Origin: Blastocystis sp. Blastoise
Lineage: Eukaryota; Protista; Bigyra: Opalinata
Direction of reading: 5' to 3'
Assembly (NCBI GenBank): GCA_039096225.1
Contig: JBBPEB010000006.1
Span: forward strand, 496,001-560,000
Length of the DNA stretch: 64,000 nt
Position 1 is the first letter of the stretch. Every line of letters begins with the position of its first letter. A model generated the notes under the pieces. It had not been told where the DNA came from and ran no database searches. It was given only the letters and a program-made list of their open reading frames with translations. Both the position numbers and the translations under genes were made by a program. Positions 1-28,098 of this stretch are shown piece after piece.

Positions 1-952
1 TTTCATTATATATAATATATATATAGTTTTTTAGTATATAGTCTCTTCTGAATTCTAGTATATCATATGCATCTATCATTCCTTATCTGTATATATATAT
101 ATAAATTTAATTCTTTAGTATAATCATTTTTTATATCTCATTCCTTCTTATACTATTCTATATCTTTTATAGAGAATTCATATATATATATATCCTTCTA
201 ATCATGAATACAGTACTTGATCTTTTTTCAACTGTTTGTGATTAATGTCCTTATCATCCCATATTACTCTTTATAAGAAGATTTTTAGTATATATATATA
301 ATTCTATATATATATTCTATATATACTAGTATATATATAAGTATATAAGTATTTATAATAGTATATATAGAATTATATATATAGAATTATATATAATATA
401 TATTATATGTGTATGTATATTATCTTCAATATTCTCTATAGTCCATCATTTTTAACTATTTGTAACTTATTATCTTTTTATATTATATACACAGTATATA
501 TAGTCTTCATTTATTAGAAAACATCTACAATTAAAATATGTATATAGATCTATACATATATAATTTTTATACAATTATATTTTATTTTTTTATTCATTAT
601 ATCTAATATATATTTATAATAATGTTTATTTATTCTCTTTATTCTTTATTTATATCTTTATACGCTTTTATTATTCTATATAAATTATTTATAATCTTTA
701 TTGTCTACATCTTTTATACAATTTATACGACTATATATATTTTCCATTTATTTCATTATAAAAGATTTATTTATTTAGTGTTTATTCCACTTGTTCTACA
801 AATATAAGAAATCATTATGGATATTCATTAACAGTATAGGTATAATAATAATACGAATATTATTATATTTATATACATAAAAATTTATATATTGTTTATA
901 TGTTTTTCTTTAAGATTTTTCTATTATTGATTATATCCATAATTTCAACACT

Positions 953-1021
953 CCTTGGACTGTTTATGGTCAGTAGCAATTATTATTGAATTGCTATCAG
1001 GTTCAATTCCTGATCTAAGGT
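953..1021 (+). ncRNA. tRNA-like cloverleaf RNA (atypical; not a canonical tRNA)
   Basis: Acceptor stem CCTTGGA(953-959)/TCTAAGG(1014-1020); D-like arm CTG-TTTATGGT-CAG; 8-bp stem TAGCAATT/AATTGCTA with 7-nt loop ATTATTG; T arm TCAGG-TTCAATT-CCTGA (B-box GTTCAATTC); T7 run about 13 nt downstream. Confidence 0.65.
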
Positions 1022-3296
1022 CATTTATTGTTATTTTTTTAAATATTTTTAAATATTTTTATTTATATATATTATATTCGTTTACTCTTCCATTATACAG
1101 ATATATAGTACATTGAGATATTTAATCAACTATGTATATGGTCAGTCGCTCTCCTATAATGTTTTTATTTTGCTTTTCCCAACACACAACACATTGCTAA
1201 TTAGATGCATCAATTATTTTCTATATAAACTATATTTCATTGATTCCTCATTATATGCAATTCTAAGCATCAATAAAACATTAAGATTCTGAATAGACTT
1301 CTTAAAGTGAATCAACTGGACATGCATTTAAGAATATTAACTTAAAATGAACTAATGTAATTAATTCAAATCTAAAACATATATACATCTGATTTGAACC
1401 ATTGTAATTTAGTTTCTATTGCTCTTATAAGGTCTGTAATACTGATCATCACAATCAACTTCAAAATAGGATTCTAATTGTTCACTGTATAACATTCAAA
1501 TAGGTTTTACTACTCATAACTTCAAAAATTAATAGAATTAGCCTCTTCTCTTACGACGAATTTTAAAAACTACTAATTACATGCCTAAAAAGAAATTACT
1601 ACATATTTTTGAGCTTCATTCAGTATTACTGATCAGTTGATCAACAGATAAAGCTTGTAATTTCATAAAATAAGATAATTGACAAAAATATCACCTTCAT
1701 AATATAGAACATCTATCATCTGTGTGAAGATTATTTGAGCTAAGAATACCATTCATAACATAATTTACCATAAAATCAAATATGAACATAACATCAATCC
1801 ATTAAACCACCTAGTTTTGATATAAAAAGTAGCGTAACGATCAATACATAGCTTAGAGAGCAGTAAATAAGTAACAAATAATTAATAATAATTAATAAAG
1901 GTATTTTGAATAGATAAATAACATTTAATCAAAATTTACTAATGTTTTTTTAAGTAAAGTTAGGGAAATGGTATAAAAATATAAATATTTTGTTATTTGC
2001 ATGTTTGGAGCATGTATAAGCATTTATAAAGCTATTATAAGTGTATTAGAGTAGGTCAAAGTCACCATTGCCAATGGATTAAAGTATAGACTTACTTATT
2101 TTCAAAGTTTGTATTGCGATTCAATGTAGAAATCTAATCAACTTACTTATTAAATCAAAACAAAGTGTTATTGAAGCAATGATTAAGTGGCGGGTGTTTT
2201 ACTTATTCTGGATTGAACCTTCCTTCATTAAACTGATTAGAAACACTTATTCAAACACTGGTTGTAGTCTTTAGGATAGTCTTTATGGTAATCTTCAATG
2301 GATTTCAAAAGAAAAGGTCTTCGAAAGATGCTTTTCTCTGTTTCAATGATGATTAAACTGTGCTACTAATACAAAATGATCAATATAATAGAGGAATAAA
2401 GGTATTTATATATAATCATATAATTTGTATCTTATCTTAATCTTAGTTCATTATTATCTATATTATACTATTGTATATCATTATATATATATAAATATAT
2501 CAATACTATTCTGAATCTGATACATTTTTATAGAATGATTCCATTAATTGTGTATGTGTAAAGGTGATTATGTAATGTGTTTTACTTCGAAAAGGTTTCA
2601 TAGTGAAGCTTTGATATATGTCTTTTAATTATTCAATGTTTCTTAATGATGATATAAATGAATATATATTTTGAGTATATATAATATATATTATATATTA
2701 TACTTATGTATTTATATTGTTTTTAACTATATTGTATATACTATTTTATATTTAAATTGTATTTATATTGATTATAGATATATAGATGATATTGATACAG
2801 TATAAACAAACAAAACAATGAGTATTATAAAAAGAAGATATGAATAATGTATATATATATATGTAGATAGATATAAAATATTTATTTATATTAGTATATA
2901 TATAGATGATAGATACATAAGGATATTAATCATATAAAGAATAAATTGTATATTAATAAATAAAGATATAATTATATATGATGATTATTTAGTATAATAT
3001 GATTATAAAAGATCGATTCTGTCTTCAAATGGGATACTTCTCTTCACATAAGGGATTCTCTTTCTCTTCTTCTCCATATTGATCTCAGCCTTTCTCTTTC
3101 TTCTATTTACAACTGGTTTCCCTCTTTTCTTCATTGCATAAGCTGGTTTCAATATTTGAACTTTTGGTATCTCATCAAGTATAGTAGATGGAATCAACCT
3201 ATATAAAGTATATATCATATAATATTTTTTTAATAATTATAATAAGAATATATATTGATCTATTAATTATAGAAATAGAATCATATTAAGAATTAT

Positions 3297-4345
3297 AGTA
3301 TATAGATAGTATATAGATAGTATATAGATAGTATATAGATAGTATATAGATAATATATAGATAGAATATAGTATACATATAGATAGAATATAGATAGTAT
3401 ATAGATAGAATATAGATAGAATATAGATAATATATAGATAATATATGGATAGAATATAGATATTATATAGATAGTATATAGGTAATATATAGATAGTATA
3501 TAGAAAGTATATAGTATACATATAGATATTATATAGATAGTATATAGATAGTATATAGTATACATATAGATATTATATAGATAGAATATAGATAGTATAT
3601 AGATAGTATATAGATAGAATATAGATAATATATAGATAGTATATAGATAGTAGCTAGATAGAATATAGATATTATATAGATAGAATATAGATAGAATATA
3701 GATAATATATAGATAATATATGGATAGAATATAGGTATTATACAGATAGTATATAGGTAATATATAGATAGTATATGGATAGAATATAGATATTATACAG
3801 ATAGTATATAGGTAATATATAGATAGTATATAGATAGTATATAGATAGTATATAGATATTATATTGATAGTATATAGATAGAATATAGATAATATATAGA
3901 TATTATATAGATAGTATATAGATAGAATATAGATAATATATAGATATTATATAGAAAGTATATAGATAGTATAAAGATATTATATAGATAGTATATAGAT
4001 AGTAGATAGATAGAATATAGATAATATAAAGATATTATATAGATAGTATATAGATAGAATATAGATAATATATAGATAATATATAGATAGTAGATAGATA
4101 GTAGATAGATAATATAAAGATAGTATATAGATAGTATATAGATAGAATATAGATAGTATATAGATAGAATATAGATAGAATATAGATAGAATATAGATAG
4201 TATATAGATAGTATATAGATAGTATATAGATAGTATATAGATAGTATATAGATAGTATATAGATAATATATAGATAGAATATAGTATACATATAGATAGA
4301 ATATAGATATTATATAGATAGTATATAGAAAGTATATAGAATCTA
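3297..4345. repeat. 11-bp minisatellite (TATATAGATAG and variants), ~1 kb, inside transposase intron 4
   Basis: Directly visible tandem array; it explains the spurious YYLYTIYILSI ORFs. Confidence 0.95.
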
Positions 4346-4358
4346 TAGGATATATATT

Positions 4359-4521
4359 TATACTATTCTACTATTATCTATATACTATCTATACTATATA
4401 TACTATCTATATAATATATATATATATATACTACATATACTATATATACTATCTATATTCTATCTATATTCTATCCATATAATATATATATACTATCTAT
4501 ATACTATATATACTATATATA
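4359..4521. repeat. Inverted copy of the same minisatellite (TACTATCTATA)
   Basis: Units are the reverse complement of the 3297-4345 array. Confidence 0.85.
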
Positions 4522-5409
4522 TCATTATATACATATAAATATATACTCTCCATCATAGTTTTGATATTGATTTCTATAAATTTGATTATTCACATTTCTT
4601 AATACTCGTGGAATAATATCAGTATTATTATTTCCTTTTTCTATTAAGTACCTAAGGAATATTATAGCATGTTTACAGGGAGTGTGTTTGTTTTGGTATT
4701 CCTTACATTCACATGTTTGCTTTTCTAAATTTACTATATAGCTAACACCATCATTTACAACAGCAGAAACTCCATCTTTCTTTTCTTTTATATAATACTT
4801 CTTATTCTTGATTCTATTATATATATTATCAAAACAAGGTAAGAAAACATTATCAATAGGAATACTAGTTTTTATATTAATCTGTTTTGTAATACTATAG
4901 TTATAGATACATAGAAACATTTTATGAATAGGAATATTTCTAAAACGTTTTAATACTCTATTGTAGCTTTCAGCTACACTTGAGGAAATATACCATTTAC
5001 AAATTGAATCATACTTTTGTAAACTTTTATTATTCTTTTCCCAAACTTCAAGAACTTGACTTCTAAGATCTTCATCTATAATCTTCTCTGCTTTTTCTTT
5101 TGCTTCTTCAAAAGTAGAAGCTTTATAACTATCTATAATATATTGTTTTGTACGTAAGTCGACTCGAAGATGATCTTGTAATAAATGGAAGAAACAGAGA
5201 ATATGGGGATAGTCAGGAAATACCTTTTGAACTGCCGACTTGATCCCCTTAGCTTGGTCAGAAACAATAGTAAATGTTTGATTACCATATTGACTCATTA
5301 AAACCTTCTTTAATGAAGATAATAAAGTAACCCAAGCTTCTTCACTTTCAGATGGAAAGAATCCAAAACCAAGACATATGGATTCATGATTGATATTAAC
5401 AGCTATAAA

Positions 5410-5545
5410 GAGTAATAGTAATAGTAATAGTAATAGTAATAGTAATAGTAATAGTAATAGTAATAGTAATAGTAATAGTAATAGTAATAGTAATAGTAAT
5501 AGTAATAGTAATAGTAATAGTAATAGTAATAGAAATAGTAATAAT
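5410..5545. repeat. (AGTAAT)n hexamer microsatellite in transposase intron 3 (5561-5403)
   Basis: Near-perfect hexamer array between a GT donor at 5561 and an AG acceptor at 5403. Confidence 0.95.
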
Positions 5546-8316
5546 AATATATATATATTACCTGTTATAACTAAAGTAACAGTACTTCCAAGACCCATAA
5601 ACGTTCCATCTAGGAAAATAACAGGAGGAGAATAATTTAATAATTTAATATTTTCACCAATTAAGGTACAACAACATAATAATGATTTATTATTATTATT
5701 TCCATCAATAATATCATCAGTATAATCAACAGTATTAAAATCAATTTTATTATTGACTGTTTTTCCATTATATAACATATAAAAGGCTCTATTATTTGAA
5801 TTACTAGTATTGAGTTGTTTTATTATTTGAGGTATATAAGAATATGATATATCATCATTTAGAAGAAACCTCGTTGTAGAACAATATATTATATGTCGAT
5901 TAATTGAAGGAAACAATGAATGTAGTTCATTAATAATATCTTTAGATATCATTCCTTTATATTTTTCATGACATAATAAATAATTATATACAAATGTACT
6001 ATTTAATGGACTTCTAAATAATAATCTAAAGTTTGTATTAATATAACTAATATTAGGTTTATCTTTACTTTGACTAATAACATTCTCAAAGTATTCCAAT
6101 GAAACAGATCGTACAGGAGTTGTTATATTATTAACCTTGTCTTTAAACCCATTCATTAATACTTCATCATCTTGACTATTATTGTTTATATCAATATCAC
6201 TTTCTTCCTCATTTTCTTTCTCATTTTCATAATCATTTTCTTTTTCTTTTTCTATTACTTCTTCTTCTTCTTCTTCTTCTTCTAATATATCATCTATATA
6301 CATATCAGGGAATGTTTGATTATTTATTCTTTTTTCATTATTTTTTTGCATCTCATATAATAATAAATCCATTTCAGAACTCATATAAACTCTTTTCTCA
6401 AGTATAGGATCTTTTTTCTGAATTATTTCAGTTTCTATTTCAGTTAAAGGAGTATCATCTGTTCTTTCTTCATATTGTAATGATTCATCAATATTCACTT
6501 CATGATTATTATTTTCTTTAATTTGATTAGAAACTAATTCCTTTTCTAATAGTTGAAGACCAGCTATATCTATAATAGTATTTCTATCTTGTTCATTATT
6601 ATTATTAGGTATTTCTTTATTATCATTATTAATAGGTATATTATTAGTTGTTATATTAATTTGTTTTTGATAATAGTCACAAACAGATTGTTTTATTCTA
6701 TTTTCCTTCATAAGTTCTATATAGTGAGAAGTAAATTTCGAACATTTCTAAATAAATAAAATAGTTAATATATAAAAATATAGTTTTTATTAATAAGAGA
6801 ATTGATAGTATATATAGAAAATATTATTTTAATGTAAAATATAATAAATATTGTAATTATATATATTTATACATCTGTATCATGTTGATGGAAGTGTGTT
6901 AAGTGATATTTTCCATCTTTAAAGTTGTATTGAATTATGTAATTGCATCCCATGATGGGACATTTGTATTTGACATATTGTTTTGAACTTCTTTGAATCA
7001 TCATAGAATAGCCATTACTATATGCAGATAATCTTAAAAAAACCTCAATCTCTTCTCTTGACCCAAATTCAGGGCGAATGTTGAAAAGTAACGATATTAG
7101 AAAATTCCTATAGATAATGCATAGGTAGTTTGTATAATCTCTGAAAAACCCATTAAAACTGTTTTCTTCAATCAAAGAGGCAATCTGATTTTGGTCAATG
7201 TTTTTAAACATGCTAAAAGTTGTTTTTGTTAACGGATTCACTCTTGAATCCTTATCAGGACGTCTCTAGATATTAAAATATTTATATATGTGTAAAATAC
7301 TTGTATGACGGAAGGAATGTGTTGAACATATTGAGTAAAATCCTCATTTTCCACTTCCTTATCTATTCTGTCAATATCCCGTCTATCCATTTAAGTCAAA
7401 TTTAAACAAATAGGTCGAATATGGCAAAAATTAATTATTAGTAGAAAACACATATAGTTTCTTGACTGGGAATTTTACAACATATTTGTATTATATTCTA
7501 GTCGCCATTATGTTAAAAATACCGCGGGTCATAGGACCCTCTGGAAACGACTGTATTGTCTGACTTTTTAACAATTCTACTGTATAGGCTGATTTATCTC
7601 TTTTTTTGAGTAAAAAATAAATAATTTCATTAAAACAAAATATCTAGAAAAGAGTCTCATATATTGATGATTTAAGGTTTATTTTGATGTTGCTATTGTT
7701 CAAACTGTGTTGGTAATCGATAGATACATATACAAGTAATAAACTACAAATGATTATTTTTAGGTTCTAATTATTTACAAAAGTGTTTGTTCTAAGTGAC
7801 TTTGATTGAATAGATTATTGTCAGAATCATTGGGAAGTTATTGGAATATGTATTTTGAAATTTGAATAGCGTCACAAGTTGATTTATATCAAGATTGGTT
7901 CACTGATTTATGAATCATGGCTTACATATATAGATCTTGTTGAAACTGAAGATTTTCATGTTTTTATCACGAATTTGTTTTGAATAATATATTTTGTAAG
8001 AGTTTTTATGGTGTTTATTATGATTCTTGGTTGATATTCTGTTAGAAAGTGATGTGATATCAAAACACATGAATGAAATAGTTATATATATCGGTGAAGT
8101 ACTTTTTTATATATATTTCTATATAACATAATTCTTATATGTATTAATAAAGATTAAAAGGGAACATAACTAATAATGAGAATAACAAATTAGTGATTGA
8201 CATGCAATAATAAGATAATAAATTAATAACAACTATTTATATATAAAAAGACGAAATACATATGATAATAATAAGTGAATTTCATATAGAATTCATCAAT
8301 AAAACTAGGCTTCTAT

Positions 8317-9832
<1,516 letters not shown>

Positions 9833-10932
9833 ATTAAATTCAATGGAGACTAGAGAAAAGAAGTGTTATTATTGATTATTAATGTTTTTAATTTATATAA
9901 ATATATTTACATGAATTAAAATAAAATATGAATAAGTTTTATTTACAAAGATATGAAACTTTTTTAGTTGTTTTCATTTTTAGTGTTTTAAAATAATATG
10001 AAGACAGTTATTTAATAAAGAGGGTAAATCATAGAGGGTTTTTTGGCTGACTTTTTTACTAATAAAAAAATATAGTTTTCCCACGGGCTAAAACTTATTT
10101 TGAGTCAATAAATGATGTTGTTTCAATAATTTATAGTTTTTTTTAAAAAGGATGTTCTAAATAAACACTAGACTGTATAGATATATACTTTTGTCAGTTT
10201 TTCTGATAACTAGAGACACTTTGATTATCTACTTAAATTGTTAAATGATGAAGATATCGATTGAAAAATTTTCTAGGAAAAAGAATGTCTAAAGCCGTGT
10301 CGTATCATGTTTTATGTATTATGGGCTCTATGTAATAATAATTATATAAATATTCATATATATATATATAATCAGAATTGTAGATTTCAGTCAAGATCAT
10401 ATTATTAAATCACACTAATACATCCAAGTAATATCACAGATATTCTTAATAGTTTTAAAAACTATGTGTTTAATAAAGTATAATTATGTATGTTTTCATA
10501 TGTCACTTTTAAAAAAATGGATTTATTATCAAAAAAAATATATTTGTTATGACTCATTAATATATTTCATAAATAAATAATTCGTTATCGGTATAATGGC
10601 TCTTTGAGGATTCCATATATTCATTTCAAGAATGCAATAATTCAGTTTTTGTTAACAGACCGAATTAATGTATTGTTTTTTTTTAACAATGTTTTATAAG
10701 TGTTTAATAGAACTAAAAACGGAATCAAATAAAAAATAAAGATTGAATATAATATTTGAATAATAAATGAGTAATACTTATATAATTAAAGTAACATCAT
10801 AAAGAGAAGTATGGTTAAAAAAATACATAGGATTAATAATTTGTGTTGTATTTGGTATCTGATTTTGATTATTATATGTATATGTATTATATATTGTATA
10901 ATATTTGATTTTAATTATTATATGTATATGTA

Positions 10933-12650
<1,718 letters not shown>

Positions 12651-13534
12651 TTCAGGAAGCGATATCTATAGAAAATCAGCTTAGTTGATTCTATTAATTT
12701 ATATTAATTGTATATATTTTTATATGTTTATTATGTATACATTAAATAAAAATAATCTAAATAAGTTTTGCCATTCAACAAATAAAAGACTTGGAGATAT
12801 TTATTTTTTAGTATTCTCAATTTTATGGAGACAGTTAGTAAATGAAAACAGTATATCTTTAGAGGATTCATTTGACTGACTACATATTTAAAAAACACGG
12901 AAATATACGATAATCAGAGCATAAAAAGAAAATAATCTGTATAAGAAGAGCATCAATTCTGATAAATCTTCACATTTCGTTTTTTTTTTATCGTTTTGTC
13001 TAATAAATAAACGAATAAGACGTATATATGCTTTTTAGTATAGTTTTGACTCTATGAAACTTAGACGCTATTAATGATGCTATGCTTTTTATGGAATCAA
13101 TTTTATCACAAATAATTTCAAGAAAACATTATCGTAATATTGTTTAAATATGTTAAAAATAGTGCTCGAGGTTAACTTAATAATTTGGATTATATATTAA
13201 TAAAAATTAATGTGATTATTTAGCAAATTTTAGTTAAATTATGTTTAAAAATTGTATGATTCTTATTTAAATTATTACTAATTCTATATGATAACTCATA
13301 TGTTACATATCAATAATTGTTTTTGATCTACAAGCTGTGATTCTAAATTCTTTTTGAACATTTAAAATTTTAGAAAAACAATATACATCATTAAAAAATA
13401 AACAAAAGAGATATTGACATAAAATAATTTAATTTTTAAAATAAAAAAAGAAAATAGAAATGAAAGAAGTCAAGTATAAAAACAAATAAAAAGTATAATA
13501 TATATATATATAAATTATTATTTCAAAGAATAAA

Positions 13535-25452
<11,918 letters not shown>

Positions 25453-26563
25453 CTTCTGAAATCAACAAAAAAAAAGTAAAATAAGAATAAAAAATTCTGA
25501 ACATAAAAAAGAAACTGATAAAAACTTTCAGTACAACTAAGCGAATAATCTTATTTTTTTTGTAAAAAAATCTATTCATTTTTACTATATTAATGAAAAA
25601 TGATATAAAAATATTGAATAAATAAGAATTGGATTGATGAACAACGTGCTATGTTTATGAGAAGTGAATTCGTATTTCTGATTGAAACATAATTCTTTTA
25701 ACACATATGTTTTTTTAGATAATCTATTATTTAGTTTATTATTATATCTTAGCTTGAGAGACAATATACGAAATTATCAAATCATTAATCTAGATGATTT
25801 TATTAGTTGATTTTTTTTTTTGAGGTTTATATGATAGAAATAATGCTAACAATGGTGAATATATACATGAAATCAAGTTTATGGATAATGTTGATAAAGA
25901 AGATCTTAATGATTTCGATAAAAGGGTTTTCTGCGTTTTATTCCGAGTCTATTCATCAATTTTTGAATGATGAATATATAAATAATGTTTGTGTACTATA
26001 CTGCTCAAGATGGTTATTTTTATTCATAATTCTCCTTATTTGATGTATATGAACTAGTTTAAATAATATATGATTAGTATTTAATAATAATATATGTAGT
26101 TTTTATGGTTGAAAAAAAGATATGTTTATATATAAAATAATGAAAAACAGTCATTTAATGTATTGAATAAGTTTTTATATATAAAACTTACTATAAACAA
26201 AACAAAAAATCATAATGAATAACCAAACAATAAGTTTAAAGGCTAACAAGTCTTACAAAGCTAAATAATTTTCAAAAAAAAATTACAATTGAAAATAAAC
26301 AATTATGTAGATAACACACAAAAAATTGCTTCCAGAAATAAATAAAAAACTAAAAGAAGAAAATAAAAACAAATCCAAAAAAAAGAATAAAAGAGGAAAA
26401 AATATTATTATAATTTATATATTTATATATATATATAAATAAATAAAAATAAATAAATGAATAAATAAAAATAAATAAATAAAAATAAATAAATAAAAAT
26501 AAATAAAAATAAATAAATAAAAATAAATAAATAAAAAATAAATAATAAAAAGAAGAATTATCA

Positions 26564-27788
26564 CTATATGTATTTTCGTTTATTGTCTTTTTCACTTAAA
26601 ACATCATTAACCCATTTTCCATGAATAATTGCTCCATCAGAACGTGTCAATACTCCTTTTCCATGTTTATCATTATTTTGCCATTCACCCTCATAGATAT
26701 CTCCATTACTATAATGCATTATTCCTTTTCCTTGTTTCAGTCCATAATAAAAATCACCTTCATATTTATCATGTGTATTTGATATATAGACTCCTTTTCC
26801 GTGATAAGTACCTTCTTTCCAATAACCATCGTAAGAAGAACCATTATTATATAAATAAATACCTTTACCTGAAAAATGATCATATACCATATTTCCTATA
26901 TATATATCTCCATTAGGATATATACATTTTGATTCTCCATTTAAACAATTATGATCCCAATTACCTTCATAAGAACTATGATCATCTTTAATTAATAAAC
27001 CTGTTCCTCCATAACTATTATATTTATAATTACCAATATATTCATTTCCATTAGGAAAATAACCAATACCAAATCCATGTCTTTGACCATTCACAAATTC
27101 ACCTTCGTGTAATTCATCACTTAATGTATAATGTATTCCAAAACCATTAAAAAATCCATTATATGAAAAACCATCATATATACAATTGTTACTATAAACA
27201 GATAGATAATTTCCATTTAAACATCCATTTTTCCAGAAACCTCTACTTATTGAACCATTTGTATAGTAAACAACACCATAACCATGATATAAATCATGTT
27301 TCATATAACCTTCATAGGAAGAACCATCGTAATTCAGAGAAAAGAAAGATCCATCACATTCATTATTTTTCCAATGACCATGTCTATACATACCATCATT
27401 CCAATACATTTCTCCAATACCATCAATTGTACCATTCACAAAAGAACCCTTATATTGATCCAAACCCATGAAGAAATAGTTATGTTCACCTAAGAAGAAA
27501 TGATGCGGATATCTTCTATTATATTGTTTTTCAAATGAACAATGGAATACTTTCTGACCTTTTAAAGGCACTTTGTTAGGCTTCTCACATCTACGTAGAT
27601 GACCTTGTCCATGGAAAACACCATTTTTTAACACACCTGTATATAGGAAAGAATCAAATCGTGCATCGACAACATAAACTTCACTTGGATCTTTTAATTT
27701 ATTATTCGCAATATCTATATCAATATAATAATTTAATTTATGGAATCAAACATGAAATCATACTTTTTTTACACTGATTATTTGACAT
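26564..27788 (-). CDS. MORN-repeat protein
   Basis: Many YEGEW/F...HGxG...Y.NGD.Y repeats; short first exon (ATG 27788) spliced in frame. Confidence 0.9.
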
Positions 27789-28098
27789 TTCTTATAATAA
27801 ACCAACTATTTTTTCTTTAATCCGTTTTCGAATAAAATACTTTAGCTTTTAAGCAATGAAGTACTACTTATAGAAACGTAAAGAACAAAGAAAGAATTAT
27901 TGGAAACAAACTTTGTTTTTCAGTAAAAATGAGCGAAAAACAGTCATTCTTTTGTCACAAAAAAGCACGAGAATAAAAAATTAATTTATTCACGGGAAAA
28001 CTAGAAGAGGGAAACAGAATGCAAAAAAAAAAATTACATTTCGTTATACAGATTCTCTTTAAGATTAGAGTATTTTTCTTATAGGTCTTGATATAGAG

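Larger units (their letters stand above)
3003..7390 (-). mobile_element. Mutator-like (MULE) DDE transposase gene, 5 exons, ~906 aa
   Basis: Exons 7390-7301, 7265-6873, 6747-5562, 5402-4547 and 3198-3003 join in frame by GT-AG introns. N-terminal C-x4-C...H-x-H zinc finger; FLDGTF (D1), IVSDQAKG (D2), CFFH, SSVAESYN (E); SWIM finger CECKEYQNKHTPCKH; basic C-terminal ILKP..KKRGKP..RRKRK tail typical of MULEs. Confidence 0.9.

Noticed and set aside
1200-1800. Coding-like composition on the minus strand
   Set aside because: Stops in the frames I tried and no recognisable motif; may be a decayed gene but I cannot support a call.
3267-4291. Tyr/Ile/Leu-rich ORFs
   Set aside because: Translations of the 11-bp satellite inside an intron.
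7526-7539. Hairpin GGGTC-ATAG-GACCC upstream of the transposase as a possible TIR
   Set aside because: Only a 5-bp stem, with no partner found at the other flank.
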